Positions 36,623 through 45,698 of a stretch of DNA of 64,000 nt are shown piece after piece. The DNA lies in sequence record OQ873415.1; one strand, given 5' to 3'. Position numbers and translations under genes: made by a program. Numbering within the stretch: the first letter of the stretch is position 1; the number at the start of each line of letters is the position of its first letter. The notes beneath the pieces are model-generated. The model had not been told where the DNA came from. It saw only the letters and a program-made list of their open reading frames with translations, and did not search any database. The DNA is from Escherichia phage PECP20.

Positions 36623-37369
36623 TTAACCTTTAATCAGTTGGAATAATGATGCGCTAAGTGGTAGGCCACGTTTCAATTTTAATTTACCAATGAAACCAAT
36701 CTTTTCAAAACGTTGCAGACCTTGGATAACTTTATCATATGTATCGAAAAGCGATTCAGCGTCAGTTAATTTAGTTTTAGTTTTCCAGTCAGAGCCTTTA
36801 AGAAGAACGTTGAGTTTAGTAAGTTCATGGCCTTCTGCTTGATGCGAGCCATTAATGCGTGCTTTCAAAGCAACAATTCTAAGTTTAGATTCGTTAGATA
36901 AAGGTTGATTTTTCATCATGTTCGTCATATGCTTAACACGATTTTCACGTTTTGCTCGGATTTTTAAAATAGTATCATAAACCTTTTTGATTTGGGCCCA
37001 TTTCTTCTCGTCGAGATTAAGTTTCTCTACTTTACGGGCAGAAGGATTAGCGATACGCCTTGCAATGGCATCACGTTTCTCGATAAGTTCTTCTAATGTT
37101 AAATCGGAACGAGCCGTGTTATATTTTTTCTTAACTGGGATAACATTACCTTTAATGTAGCCGATATCGTTATCAAAACGTTCTAAGGATAATTTCTCAC
37201 CTTCAACAGAGTTATTGAAAGATTCACCTGAGTAAGCGCAGACCTTTTGATCAAGAATGTTTTTAAGGTAATTAAAGTCTAAGTTAAAATCCTTAGAGCG
37301 TCTCTTCGCAGAAGCTCTGGTGTGGTCAAGACGACGATTGATTTTGTTAATTTTATTATTTGATAACAT
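36623..37369 (-). CDS. srd: Srd-like protein (by position)
   Basis: 248 aa (T4 Srd 250 aa), between dda.1 and modB as in T4; basic, Lys/Arg-rich. Confidence 0.45.
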   Translation of the reverse strand: MLSNNKINKINRRLDHTRASAKRRSKDFNLDFNYLKNILDQKVCAYSGESFNNSVEGEKLSLERFDNDIGYIKGNVIPVKKKYNTARSDLTLEELIEKRDAIARRIANPSARKVEKLNLDEKKWAQIKKVYDTILKIRAKRENRVKHMTNMMKNQPLSNESKLRIVALKARINGSHQAEGHELTKLNVLLKGSDWKTKTKLTDAESLFDTYDKVIQGLQRFEKIGFIGKLKLKRGLPLSASLFQLIKG

Positions 37370-37426
37370 AATATTTTCCTCTGTCTTACGGACGTTAAGG
37401 TCATTTAGCTGATAAGCTTATAATAT

Positions 37427-37448
37427 CATGCCCTCAGGTAGTGTACAC
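37427..37448 (-). promoter_or_regulatory. Early promoter-like element upstream of srd-like gene
   Basis: Plus text cttataatatcatg...gtgtacac; same family as other early promoters. Confidence 0.4.
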
Positions 37449-37522
37449 TCTTTTTTCGTAAAATGCTTTAATTTTTTATGTGTTATAATGGTTCTGAGTT
37501 CCATCCGGTTATTCCAATCCAG

Positions 37523-38131
37523 TCAGTAACCGACAATAGACAGATTCCAGATTGTATAATTTCCATCTTGAATAATAGAATCTACACGCAGTGTAGTCCC
37601 TATAGGGAGCATAAATTCACATTCGTCAGATATAAGTCTAGCATTAGACCGTCTTGTCGCTTCAGGGAAAGCTCCATTGAACTCACAAGATGGCGCAGCC
37701 AGAATCATGTTAAGCATATGTTCACGGAAGTTGAAAGCAAATGGTGCATCTTTGATGCAGAACATATTAAATGTTCCGTAAAAATTATACGAAGCAAAGT
37801 TACGTGCTACACCGAACACTGGACTAAAGCTCATTACTCTGTCAAATTTAATAATACTACCAATGCCTTTATCATCGAGTGTGGCCATAGTTTTCTTAGA
37901 GATTCCACGATACATTGTCTCAGGAACAGAAGACGTCCAATTTCTACGAACAATTGCACTTAAATCTTGTTGGATGCTATCAGGCTTGTTTTCCATACAC
38001 TGCCATAGTACACTTTGTTCAATGTCGCTGAATTGACTATCAATTTCGTACTGCAATTCATCTTGATATTCAGGGCATTGAGCACGACGAACCATTTCTT
38101 CAATTTCACACTCGTTATACGGCATAAACAT
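37523..38131 (-). CDS. modB: ADP-ribosyltransferase ModB
   Basis: 202 aa; R-S-E triad context (MYRGI ... SFS ... ECEF) typical of Alt/Mod ARTs; position as in T4. Confidence 0.6.
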   Translation of the reverse strand: MFMPYNECEIEEMVRRAQCPEYQDELQYEIDSQFSDIEQSVLWQCMENKPDSIQQDLSAIVRRNWTSSVPETMYRGISKKTMATLDDKGIGSIIKFDRVMSFSPVFGVARNFASYNFYGTFNMFCIKDAPFAFNFREHMLNMILAAPSCEFNGAFPEATRRSNARLISDECEFMLPIGTTLRVDSIIQDGNYTIWNLSIVGY

Positions 38132-38188
38132 TTAGGTTTCTCCTGTGGTTGATAAAGGTATAGTATCATCATCGGAAGAGTTTGTACA

Positions 38189-38770
38189 CTAAAAATTCAA
38201 CATTTTCAAATGAATGATTTTGTATAACCGAGATAAAGGGTCATATTCTAAGTCTTCAATTTCTACAATCTCAAATCTAGAGATACCTGAGACCATGTAT
38301 TCTTGTTCAGATTCAATCATATCTAGGACGTCAACACGTTTTTCTTCCATAACATGCTTAGGGTTCTTTCCGGCGAGTACAATGTTAACCATGTTTTGGT
38401 AGTAATCGAAAATGAACGGAGCATTCCTGAGACTAAGAATAGTGTACGTTTGATATTCCCAACTCCCAGAGAACTGTCTGGCCGTACCAAAGTCTGTTGT
38501 AAACGATGTTACTCGTCCAGGAGACCAATGGCATCCTACAGATAACAATGAAAGATGTTCTACTTCTTCTGGAGTTACACCACGGTAGAGTTCTACTGGT
38601 ACTGTAGAAGTCATATGCTTACGAACAAGACGGTCTAATTCATAGTGGAAATCTGGGTCTTCCTTATAATCAGTGCAAGCCCAGAGAATGTTTTGTTCTT
38701 GTTTAGTGAATTTATCATCAATTAGTGCTGCGAGATATTCGCGTTCTTGAAGTTCAGATTGACATGTCAT
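38189..38770 (-). CDS. modA: ADP-ribosyltransferase ModA
   Basis: 193 aa; LYRGV ... TSFTT ... EQEYMV motifs; paralogous to modB. Confidence 0.6.
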   Translation of the reverse strand: MTCQSELQEREYLAALIDDKFTKQEQNILWACTDYKEDPDFHYELDRLVRKHMTSTVPVELYRGVTPEEVEHLSLLSVGCHWSPGRVTSFTTDFGTARQFSGSWEYQTYTILSLRNAPFIFDYYQNMVNIVLAGKNPKHVMEEKRVDVLDMIESEQEYMVSGISRFEIVEIEDLEYDPLSRLYKIIHLKMLNF

Positions 38771-38986
38771 GATAGACCTCCATTTAAAGATAAGCCTATC
38801 ATAACACGAGAGGAGGGAATGTAAACTACTTTTTAAGCTTTCCTACTAAAGGTCCATCAGGGCCAGGTTGTTCTAACATGAATAACGATGCTTTAAAAAG
38901 CAATGTTAACCCTTTCACCATTCGATACCATGTCTCAAAGTCTTTTTCCTTGATTTCTAGTAAGAATTTCTCTTTAAATTTCTCTT

Positions 38987-39175
38987 TCATTTCCAAGGAC
39001 TCCATGGTGGAGGGTCGTCATAATAAGAGGCAAGGTCTTTCAGGGCTTCAACAGGTAAACTAAAGCCGTGTCGTTGTATAATACTATCTAGTTCATCAAC
39101 AAGTTCACTACGATGCACTTTAGGAGCCTTGACTTCAGGCTCATCAAACATACTCATAAGGTCCATCTTATTCAC
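38987..39175 (-). CDS. hypothetical small protein
   Basis: 62-aa ORF, modA.x region. Confidence 0.35.
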   Translation of the reverse strand: MNKMDLMSMFDEPEVKAPKVHRSELVDELDSIIQRHGFSLPVEALKDLASYYDDPPPWSPWK

Positions 39176-39632
39176 CTAAATAAAAACTAGCAGGTTCAGA
39201 GAATGTTTCTAGTGCTACACCTTTTGTCTTAAAAAATTTCCAAATAGCTCGTTGCAAATGGATTAAATCTGCTAATGATGTAATAAAGTATTTTTTGGCA
39301 AAATACGTATGGTCTCGCTTTTCAAACAGGTCTAAACGCTTTTCAGGATTCACATAAACAGCATTTTCTGTAGATTCATAACCTAAGTCCTTTATGCCTT
39401 CTTCAAGACTAAACGGAGAATTTTTAGAATGAGTAATAGCTCCAACTCGCTCTACACGAATTTTGTAACCTTTAGGAATCTGCAATTTGCAGAATTCTTC
39501 TACGATATATTGCGGATTATTTAGACTTTTGTTAATGAGAATAGCTATTTCTAGTGGAGTCTTATCTTCTACTGGTATATGTTTAAATGACTTGGCTTCA
39601 AGCAAATACATTTTAAATAACATAGCATCCAT
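39168..39632 (-). CDS. hypothetical protein
   Basis: 154-aa ORF; upstream small ORF stop overlaps its ATG. Confidence 0.45.
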   Translation of the reverse strand: MDAMLFKMYLLEAKSFKHIPVEDKTPLEIAILINKSLNNPQYIVEEFCKLQIPKGYKIRVERVGAITHSKNSPFSLEEGIKDLGYESTENAVYVNPEKRLDLFEKRDHTYFAKKYFITSLADLIHLQRAIWKFFKTKGVALETFSEPASFYLGE

Positions 39633-39810
39633 TATAATTTCCTCGATGGTTCACCCATATAAAGTTTTACAATACGTTCGCCTTCATCTTCGACGAGCTT
39701 TTCTTCATGTTTCTGGAATTCTTTAGCCATATTCTCTTCAAGAACATCTAACCAATCTTCTGGTCCGACTCCATCATTCCAGCTTTTAAACCATTTTACT
39801 ATTCTGTTCA

Positions 39811-40122
39811 CTAATCACAACTCCCAGAGTCCGAACTACAATCGGAATAACTTGAACCAGAATCTCCAGACCAGGATGATACGTAAGAATGATTATAACT
39901 TGAAGAGTTTGAAGCAGACTTAGGACGAATAACTTCTTCCATCACGCCGTCACCAATATATTCCCAACTTTTTTCATGTGTATCAGGAATAGGCATCATA
40001 CCTTCGCCTGGTTTAACAACAAATAACTTCTTCAGCATCGTAAGCATTAATTGTTCCTCGAACAAAACGAACACCACCATCATCCCAACGGATTTCGGCA
40101 TTAAATTTGACGTCTTCACCAT
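39811..40122 (-). CDS. hypothetical protein with Ser-rich low-complexity C-terminus; true start uncertain
   Basis: ORF track 103 aa; C-terminus KSASNSSSYNHSYVSSWSGDSGSSYSDCSSDSGSCD; overlaps upstream ORF in another frame. Confidence 0.3.
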   Translation of the reverse strand: MVKTSNLMPKSVGMMVVFVLFEEQLMLTMLKKLFVVKPGEGMMPIPDTHEKSWEYIGDGVMEEVIRPKSASNSSSYNHSYVSSWSGDSGSSYSDCSSDSGSCD

Positions 40123-40240
40123 CCATCATGAATGAGTGTACGACTACGTCATCATAATATCCAAGACCGTATTTCAGCGAAACTTCTTGTGCAATCAAAG
40201 CGCCTAATGTGTTATTAGGTTTAATCCAACGATTTAACAT
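40013..40240 (-). CDS. hypothetical small protein
   Basis: 75-aa ORF ending in CC; overlaps 39811-40122 ORF. Confidence 0.3.
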   Translation of the reverse strand: MLNRWIKPNNTLGALIAQEVSLKYGLGYYDDVVVHSFMMDGEDVKFNAEIRWDDGGVRFVRGTINAYDAEEVICC

Positions 40241-40314
40241 ATTGTTCTCCTCTTGAGTAAGTAAGAATATCTTAACATAGTTTTTAGTGGATGTAAACTC
40301 TAGAAACGAAAAAA

Positions 40315-40332
40315 GGAATCCCGAAGGATTCC
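40315..40332 (-). terminator. Rho-independent terminator after soc
   Basis: Minus strand GGAAUCC-UUCG-GGAUUCC followed by UUUUU. Confidence 0.6.
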
Positions 40333-40341
40333 TTAAATTAT

Positions 40342-40578
40342 TTAACCACTTACTGGTGTAGGGGTAAACATTGCAGCGTTCTTAGTACGCCAATCTGCTG
40401 CGTCAGTCACCACAGTAGTGTAAGCAGCTTTTTCAGACGGGAAAGTCTGATAATGAGAATCTGCAATCCGATGTTCGTTTGAATAAATCTCAAACGGAAC
40501 AGAAACTTCCATACCTTTAACTTCTTTGCCTTCACCAGCAGGATGCGTAAAGGTTTTGATGTTTACATAACCACCCAT
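40342..40578 (-). CDS. soc: Small outer capsid protein Soc
   Basis: 78 aa; GYVNIKTF ... HYQTFPSEKAAYTTV matches T4 Soc as recalled. Confidence 0.8.
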   Translation of the reverse strand: MGGYVNIKTFTHPAGEGKEVKGMEVSVPFEIYSNEHRIADSHYQTFPSEKAAYTTVVTDAADWRTKNAAMFTPTPVSG

Positions 40579-40623
40579 AATTAACTCCTTTGTTGTTTAA
40601 TTACAGGTGTATTTATAACTTAA

Positions 40624-41145
40624 TTAGTAACCATTATCCTGACGTTCAAAGTTGTGTTGGTTTTTCAAGTAGTAAAGTTTAAAGATTTCTTCAGCAGAAA
40701 GACCAAGACCTTGGAACATATTTAGAACGAAATGCAGAATATCAATCATTTCAAATTTAATTTCAAGCTGGTCTTCAGGAGACAGTTCATCGATACGACG
40801 ATTTCGATATTCAGCATGTTGTGCTTTCCATGGCTTCCATACACTGCTAGCGGCTTTTTCACCATTGCTCATACCACCAAGTGAAGTCAGCAGTTCACGG
40901 AATTCATCATCAATATAATCTTTCTGATTACGCAGCCAATCAACAACATCACCAGCAGTAGCCAATTCATCAGGATGTTTGTTATGTTCAGGCTTGTCAT
41001 TTGCCAGACGAACCTGTAAAGATTTCTGCATATCAAGCATTACCTGCAGTGGGTCTTTATCTTCGTGAATCAGAGCATTAAAATAAGCTTCTTCTGCTTT
41101 ATCAACACCAGAAATAAGTTGTGAACATTCATTAAAGTGCGCCAT
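40624..41145 (-). CDS. 56: dCTP/dUTP pyrophosphatase gp56 (MazG-like)
   Basis: ATG at 41145 with SD AAAGGAAAAATA upstream gives 173 aa (T4 gp56 171 aa); MazG-type E-rich motifs. Confidence 0.8.
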   Translation of the reverse strand: MAHFNECSQLISGVDKAEEAYFNALIHEDKDPLQVMLDMQKSLQVRLANDKPEHNKHPDELATAGDVVDWLRNQKDYIDDEFRELLTSLGGMSNGEKAASSVWKPWKAQHAEYRNRRIDELSPEDQLEIKFEMIDILHFVLNMFQGLGLSAEEIFKLYYLKNQHNFERQDNGY

Positions 41146-41233
41146 TATTTTTCCTTTCAATTCAGTATAAGAGAGTTAATTCTAACATTAATTTTATAAA
41201 GCGTAATAAATAATAGGTAACTAAGGAGATATT

Positions 41234-41431
41234 ATGTTTAAACTTCCATCGTTAATCAACGCTATTAAAGGCAATAAAAAGAAAACTGCTATCGCCGCAA
41301 TAGTTGTAGGTGGCATTATTTCATGGAACTTCGGGATTGCACCATTGTTAGTTGCCCATGGTATTATAGTTCCTTCTGTTCCATTGGATACTGTAGTTGA
41401 TTTGGCCTTTGCTATTATAGGGCTTGTTTAA
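41234..41431 (+). CDS. small membrane protein (65 aa) on opposite strand between genes 56 and 61
   Basis: Strong SD TAAGGAG 7 nt upstream of ATG; two hydrophobic segments; no minus-strand ORF of comparable size in this gap. Confidence 0.4.
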   Translation: MFKLPSLINAIKGNKKKTAIAAIVVGGIISWNFGIAPLLVAHGIIVPSVPLDTVVDLAFAIIGLV

Positions 41432-42450
41432 ATCTTCGAATAACGAGATAATCTCATTTTAGCATGCAACCCACTTGAAATATTCTGTTTCATATATTCT
41501 AAAATTTCTTGTGGTGTTGCATTTTCTTTCATTACCATATCATTCACATCCTTTGAACTCCATGGAGCTCGGTCCCAGAACATAACACGTTCGCCTGCAT
41601 CTACTAATCGCTTCATACGAGCTATAGTATCCGGATGCCTAGGTTCATTATCCATCACCCATACCCGACGTTCTTTAAATGGTACCACATCTAAATCTAT
41701 TGAACCGCCTGTAATAGCGATTGCATTGGGTATGAATAAACTATCAATAGGGCCTTCCATTACCCAGACGTCTCCTTCCTTAACACGTTCAACACCATAA
41801 ATTTTTGTTGCAGACTCAAACGCTTTAATAGTTATATATTTCTGAGGAGCATCTTTGCGAAGTGCACGTCCTTGAAATGACTCAGCCTTCCCGTCTTTAT
41901 TAAAAATAGGAATCACTAAACGCGGTTCTGGAATCTCTTTCTTATACGTGCCTGGTTGAATCTTGTTGACCAATTTAGGCCATTCTAATGTGAACCATAA
42001 TCTGTTCCACGATTCTTTAGGAATACACCGAGACTTAACATATTTCACAATAGGATGCTCTTCAGGCAACTTGTCCAGACGAGAACAAGACGGCAAAGAA
42101 TTTATAGTCTTTTTCTCCGGTTCTGGTTTATGTTCAGGAACCTTTTCAATCTTTGGTTCCATTCTAGCTTTTTCTTTACGAACTTCCATTAGATATTCAC
42201 GATAAAGCTCTTCGTCATACTCTTTTAAGTATCCGGAAATCGTATTATGATATTGACAGTTATAGCAATGCACATTACCTGGAGTACCGCCATAATACCA
42301 TCCGCGGGCTTTCATTGCATCTGTCTGAGAGTCGCCACAAACTGGACAACGAAACGTTAATTTAAATGTGCTTGAATTATTGATTTGTCTAAAACGAGGT
42401 AGGTGAGAAAACGCACGATAAGCAAATTCATTATCTATCCATTCAGCCAT
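41428..42450 (-). CDS. 61: DNA primase gp61
   Basis: 340 aa (T4 gp61 342 aa); N-terminal zinc ribbon CPVCGDS...CYNC and TOPRIM region. Confidence 0.9.
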   Translation of the reverse strand: MAEWIDNEFAYRAFSHLPRFRQINNSSTFKLTFRCPVCGDSQTDAMKARGWYYGGTPGNVHCYNCQYHNTISGYLKEYDEELYREYLMEVRKEKARMEPKIEKVPEHKPEPEKKTINSLPSCSRLDKLPEEHPIVKYVKSRCIPKESWNRLWFTLEWPKLVNKIQPGTYKKEIPEPRLVIPIFNKDGKAESFQGRALRKDAPQKYITIKAFESATKIYGVERVKEGDVWVMEGPIDSLFIPNAIAITGGSIDLDVVPFKERRVWVMDNEPRHPDTIARMKRLVDAGERVMFWDRAPWSSKDVNDMVMKENATPQEILEYMKQNISSGLHAKMRLSRYSKI

Positions 42451-42489
42451 AGTATTCTCCAGAGGCCTTAAATTAATAAGGCCATCATA

Positions 42490-42984
42490 TCACAACTTAT
42501 TGATATTTACTTTAATTCGCTTTCTTTTCTTGGAAGGAATTTGTTCTGGACCTTTATTTACGACTGCACCTGTAGTTGTTCCTGATGCAATAGCTTGAGG
42601 GCTGCCACCTGAATCACCGGCCACCATATCCTCAAATAAAGGGAGTTCTTTAAATATTTCTTTCTGCTGTTCTTCCGTAATGTTATAGCGTGAAGCTACA
42701 GCACTCCAGGCAGACATCATTGAGGCCATTCCATTAAGACCTGGAACAGTACTCATCATTCGCTTCATTGAACGAACTGAAGCGTGAAAAGGTGTATAAG
42801 CCGCTTTCTCTTCGGGAGTAGAAGGACGTTTAAGAACACTTCCACGTTCGTCGATTATTTTGGCTTCGTACGCTTTCCATTCGGTAAAAGGTTTTTGCAT
42901 TAGTCGAATAAACTTATATGCGTAAACAGAATCTATTGCAGTGTTAATAATACCCATAGGTACCTCCTGAGTATATTTAATCAA
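42490..42984 (-). CDS. hypothetical protein (61.1 position)
   Basis: 164-aa ORF. Confidence 0.45.
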   Translation of the reverse strand: MIKYTQEVPMGIINTAIDSVYAYKFIRLMQKPFTEWKAYEAKIIDERGSVLKRPSTPEEKAAYTPFHASVRSMKRMMSTVPGLNGMASMMSAWSAVASRYNITEEQQKEIFKELPLFEDMVAGDSGGSPQAIASGTTTGAVVNKGPEQIPSKKRKRIKVNINKL

Positions 42985-43174
42985 TCACAAAGATCGCTTT
43001 ATCACCGTTCGCATCTGTGACTTCATATGTAGTGTCTTCATAGTGTGGAATATTCCAAATTACACCATCATTAGCTTTTACGCTAATATGGTATTGGTGT
43101 TTTGAAACAACTTCATAATCTTCAAAACTTGTAAAAACACTAATTTTAGAACCAGTGCAAATTGCAGTAGTCAT
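42977..43174 (-). CDS. hypothetical small protein
   Basis: 65-aa ORF in overlapping array. Confidence 0.35.
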   Translation of the reverse strand: MTTAICTGSKISVFTSFEDYEVVSKHQYHISVKANDGVIWNIPHYEDTTYEVTDANGDKAIFVID

Positions 43175-43175
43175 T

Positions 43176-43835
43176 TTAACCTCGATTCATAAATGCATTA
43201 AATATTTGGTCATCAACAGAAATTTCTAATTCGGCTTCAATTGCTTCAGCCTTTTCTTCAGGTGGTAATTCGTATCCACACACTACAATTTTTTCATCGA
43301 TATCAAAATATACAGAAGCAATACGATTAATGTTACTTTCAGTTAAGTCTAAATCAACATCAACATCTTTTTGACCTACACTTAAAGGATAACTAATACG
43401 GGTTATTTTATTATCTTTAACAAAGAGTCCACCAACATACTCTGTACTACGTTTGAAGTTTACACGTTTCCGAATTGAAAGATATGATACATCTTTACCG
43501 TGAGCTCGGCTCATAGGACATAATGAATAGCTAGAATAAGAGATGTCAAATCCTACACCTTCAATATGAGCCAACGTGTCATGAGTAAACCAATTATAAT
43601 CATATGCCAAATCCATTAAATTATAATATGTGAAAGGCACTGGATTAACATCATATGTTGTACCTTTAAAATCAGCCCAGGCAACGATTTCGTTATCTTT
43701 AACAATTACAAAAATTACACCAATATGGTATCCGTTATTATTTTCATTCGGCGTTATATTATAACATTGTGCATTAGGAAATTTACCATATTTAAATGGT
43801 GCGTTTTTGTGCATGTAATAAATCATATTATTCAC
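43176..43835 (-). CDS. hypothetical protein (61.2 position)
   Basis: 219-aa ORF. Confidence 0.45.
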   Translation of the reverse strand: MNNMIYYMHKNAPFKYGKFPNAQCYNITPNENNNGYHIGVIFVIVKDNEIVAWADFKGTTYDVNPVPFTYYNLMDLAYDYNWFTHDTLAHIEGVGFDISYSSYSLCPMSRAHGKDVSYLSIRKRVNFKRSTEYVGGLFVKDNKITRISYPLSVGQKDVDVDLDLTESNINRIASVYFDIDEKIVVCGYELPPEEKAEAIEAELEISVDDQIFNAFMNRG

Positions 43836-44121
43836 CTGTGATTTCGGTTACGATATCTTTGTTATCGAAATTAGGGTCACAATACAAAACATAGTTGTAC
43901 TGCATGATACCGCCAGACTTAAGTTGTTCAACAACTTTATTAACCATATTAGGACGGTCTCGTTTAGTGATGTTCATGATATCAGAGAAGATTTGTTGTT
44001 CAACATCTTCTTGATTTGCAGTCATTGACCACTCACAGAGGTCTTTATCATAACCTGCTGTAACTGGAGCTGGTGCACATGATACTGCGAGTAAGATTGC
44101 TGCCAATGATAACTTTTTCAT
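43828..44121 (-). CDS. sp: Spackle periplasmic protein (superinfection exclusion; lysozyme inhibitor)
   Basis: 97 aa with signal peptide; AGYDKDLCEWSMTA ... KRDRP ... QLKSGG.MQYNYVLYCD.NF.NK.I matches T4 Sp as recalled. Confidence 0.75.
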   Translation of the reverse strand: MKKLSLAAILLAVSCAPAPVTAGYDKDLCEWSMTANQEDVEQQIFSDIMNITKRDRPNMVNKVVEQLKSGGIMQYNYVLYCDPNFDNKDIVTEITGE

Positions 44122-44150
44122 TTTAACTCCTTAGTTGATTTGATAGGACT

Positions 44151-44180
44151 ACTATACTATAGACCATCTATAATGTAAAC
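44151..44180 (-). promoter_or_regulatory. Early promoter upstream of sp
   Basis: Minus strand GTTTAC ... TATAGT with gataggactactata motif. Confidence 0.45.
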
Positions 44181-44184
44181 AAAT

Positions 44185-44433
44185 TTATTCTTTTTCGCGA
44201 ATAATAATTACTTGTTGAGGCTGCTGAGCAGATTTCTTTTCGGCAACGATAGACCAAATTAAAGTTCCAATCCAACCAATCATCGTCCAGTTAAAGAGTA
44301 AAGATACAAAGAAGATTGCTGTTGTGCTTTTTGTGCCACGAATAAGTGCGATTACCCAAGGCAACATGTAAATGATGATTGAACCAATACCTGCGATTAA
44401 AACTGCCACTGAACTAGCTACGAATAATTCCAT
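44185..44433 (-). CDS. small integral membrane protein (61.4 position)
   Basis: 82 aa, two predicted TM helices, Trp-rich. Confidence 0.45.
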   Translation of the reverse strand: MELFVASSVAVLIAGIGSIIIYMLPWVIALIRGTKSTTAIFFVSLLFNWTMIGWIGTLIWSIVAEKKSAQQPQQVIIIREKE

Positions 44434-44494
44434 GTTAATTTCCTCTTGATTTGTTATGTTTATAATATCTCGTTTTAACTTTGGCGTAAACCAA

Positions 44495-44863
44495 TTAATT
44501 AAATTTGTTTAAACGTTCAATACACTGGACGTAGTTATTCGCGATTTGTTTCTGGGAAGGCTCTTTGCCAGTTGTTTCAACATAGCGAATGAATGCGATT
44601 TCAGTAGCCTGTAAGCAATGTTCTTTAACGCGTTGTTCTTTTGACAATGCTACAGTATCAGAGTCACGATAACGTTGAGCATGGGCATCAGCTTGAATCA
44701 TTCGATTACCTACAGTAACCGGGTCTTCCACTTCGACTTTAGGTTGGTTGTACTGTTTAACATTCGGGTTATAAATCAATTGGCCAACATTATTAGGGAT
44801 AAAGCCATGAGCACCACATCCAGTTAATCCGAATACCATTGCTAAAGCTATTAATTTTTTCAT
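44495..44863 (-). CDS. putative lipoprotein
   Basis: 122 aa; signal peptide with lipobox LTGC. Confidence 0.5.
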   Translation of the reverse strand: MKKLIALAMVFGLTGCGAHGFIPNNVGQLIYNPNVKQYNQPKVEVEDPVTVGNRMIQADAHAQRYRDSDTVALSKEQRVKEHCLQATEIAFIRYVETTGKEPSQKQIANNYVQCIERLNKFN

Positions 44864-44923
44864 TTCAATTTCCTCTGTAGTTGATAGAAAGATAGTAACA
44901 CAGTATGTGGTGCTTGTAAACAG

Positions 44924-45136
44924 CTATTTTAAACTTTTGCGAAATTTGCGTTTTTCTTGACGAATCTGTCGTTTAGTCGGACGTACAGCAAATTTAACGA
45001 AGTCCACTTTGCCGTGTGGAAACTTTTCAGATGCTTCACAGTCCATCATTAGTTCCCATCCTTCTAGAATAAGAGCTTTCCATTGTGTAGTTGATGCAAA
45101 TTCGTATGTTGATGGTTTAAACACAGTTGAATACAT
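44924..45136 (-). CDS. hypothetical small protein
   Basis: ORF track 44924..45175 trimmed to internal ATG abutting dmd stop. Confidence 0.35.
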   Translation of the reverse strand: MYSTVFKPSTYEFASTTQWKALILEGWELMMDCEASEKFPHGKVDFVKFAVRPTKRQIRQEKRKFRKSLK

Positions 45137-45137
45137 A

Positions 45138-45329
45138 TTATCCTCTGAAATCAGCTTCAAAAACTTTCTCGTCATTAATAAATGCTTTAACTAATGCATT
45201 GTTCACTTCAGCAAGTTGTACCGTAACCCACTCGATTTCTTCGCGATCACCTGATAATATGATATCTTTAGTGAACATCTCGCCGCTTTTAAACCAGCCA
45301 ATAAAAGTAACTTTAGTTAATTTGCTCAT
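45138..45329 (-). CDS. dmd: putative Dmd-like antitoxin (inhibitor of RnlA/LsoA-type host toxins)
   Basis: 63 aa from ATG at 45329 (ATGA overlap); GWFK...MFTK...AEVN.ALVKAFI.D.KV.EAD.RG resembles T4 Dmd as recalled; correct map position upstream of gene 41. Confidence 0.45.
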   Translation of the reverse strand: MSKLTKVTFIGWFKSGEMFTKDIILSGDREEIEWVTVQLAEVNNALVKAFINDEKVFEADFRG

Positions 45330-45643
45330 ATTTCCTCGCAAAATGCCCATTCAGCATGATAAACTGTAGCACCTTTAGTATCATTCATTTGAACTACATC
45401 TACCGGAGAAATTACTCGATAGAGACGTGGTTCACCTCCATAAGAGCGTGCTGCTCGTCCTGCGTAAATCTTTGCTAAACCGATATCTTCAGTAAAGAAT
45501 ACACGATTCAAGTTTTTCTTACGTCCGGTTTCAGACAGAACTCCTGTTTCTTCAGGAGGACAAAGCATGTTTTCGATTTTAGCTGAACTACTTGAACCGT
45601 GATAAAAAATCTTAAATTCTGCTTTACAATCGATGGTTTTCAT
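45326..45643 (-). CDS. hypothetical protein
   Basis: 105-aa ORF with early promoter at 45668-45698. Confidence 0.4.
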   Translation of the reverse strand: MKTIDCKAEFKIFYHGSSSSAKIENMLCPPEETGVLSETGRKKNLNRVFFTEDIGLAKIYAGRAARSYGGEPRLYRVISPVDVVQMNDTKGATVYHAEWAFCEEI

Positions 45644-45698
45644 TTTGTTCTCCAGTAGTTGATAGGTCTATAATAACACAACTACTGGAGAAGTAAAC

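Noticed and set aside
37478-37963. 161-codon plus-strand ORF opposite modB
   Set aside because: Entirely antisense to modB, Cys/Arg-rich low-complexity translation, no SD; modB has clear ADP-ribosyltransferase motifs.
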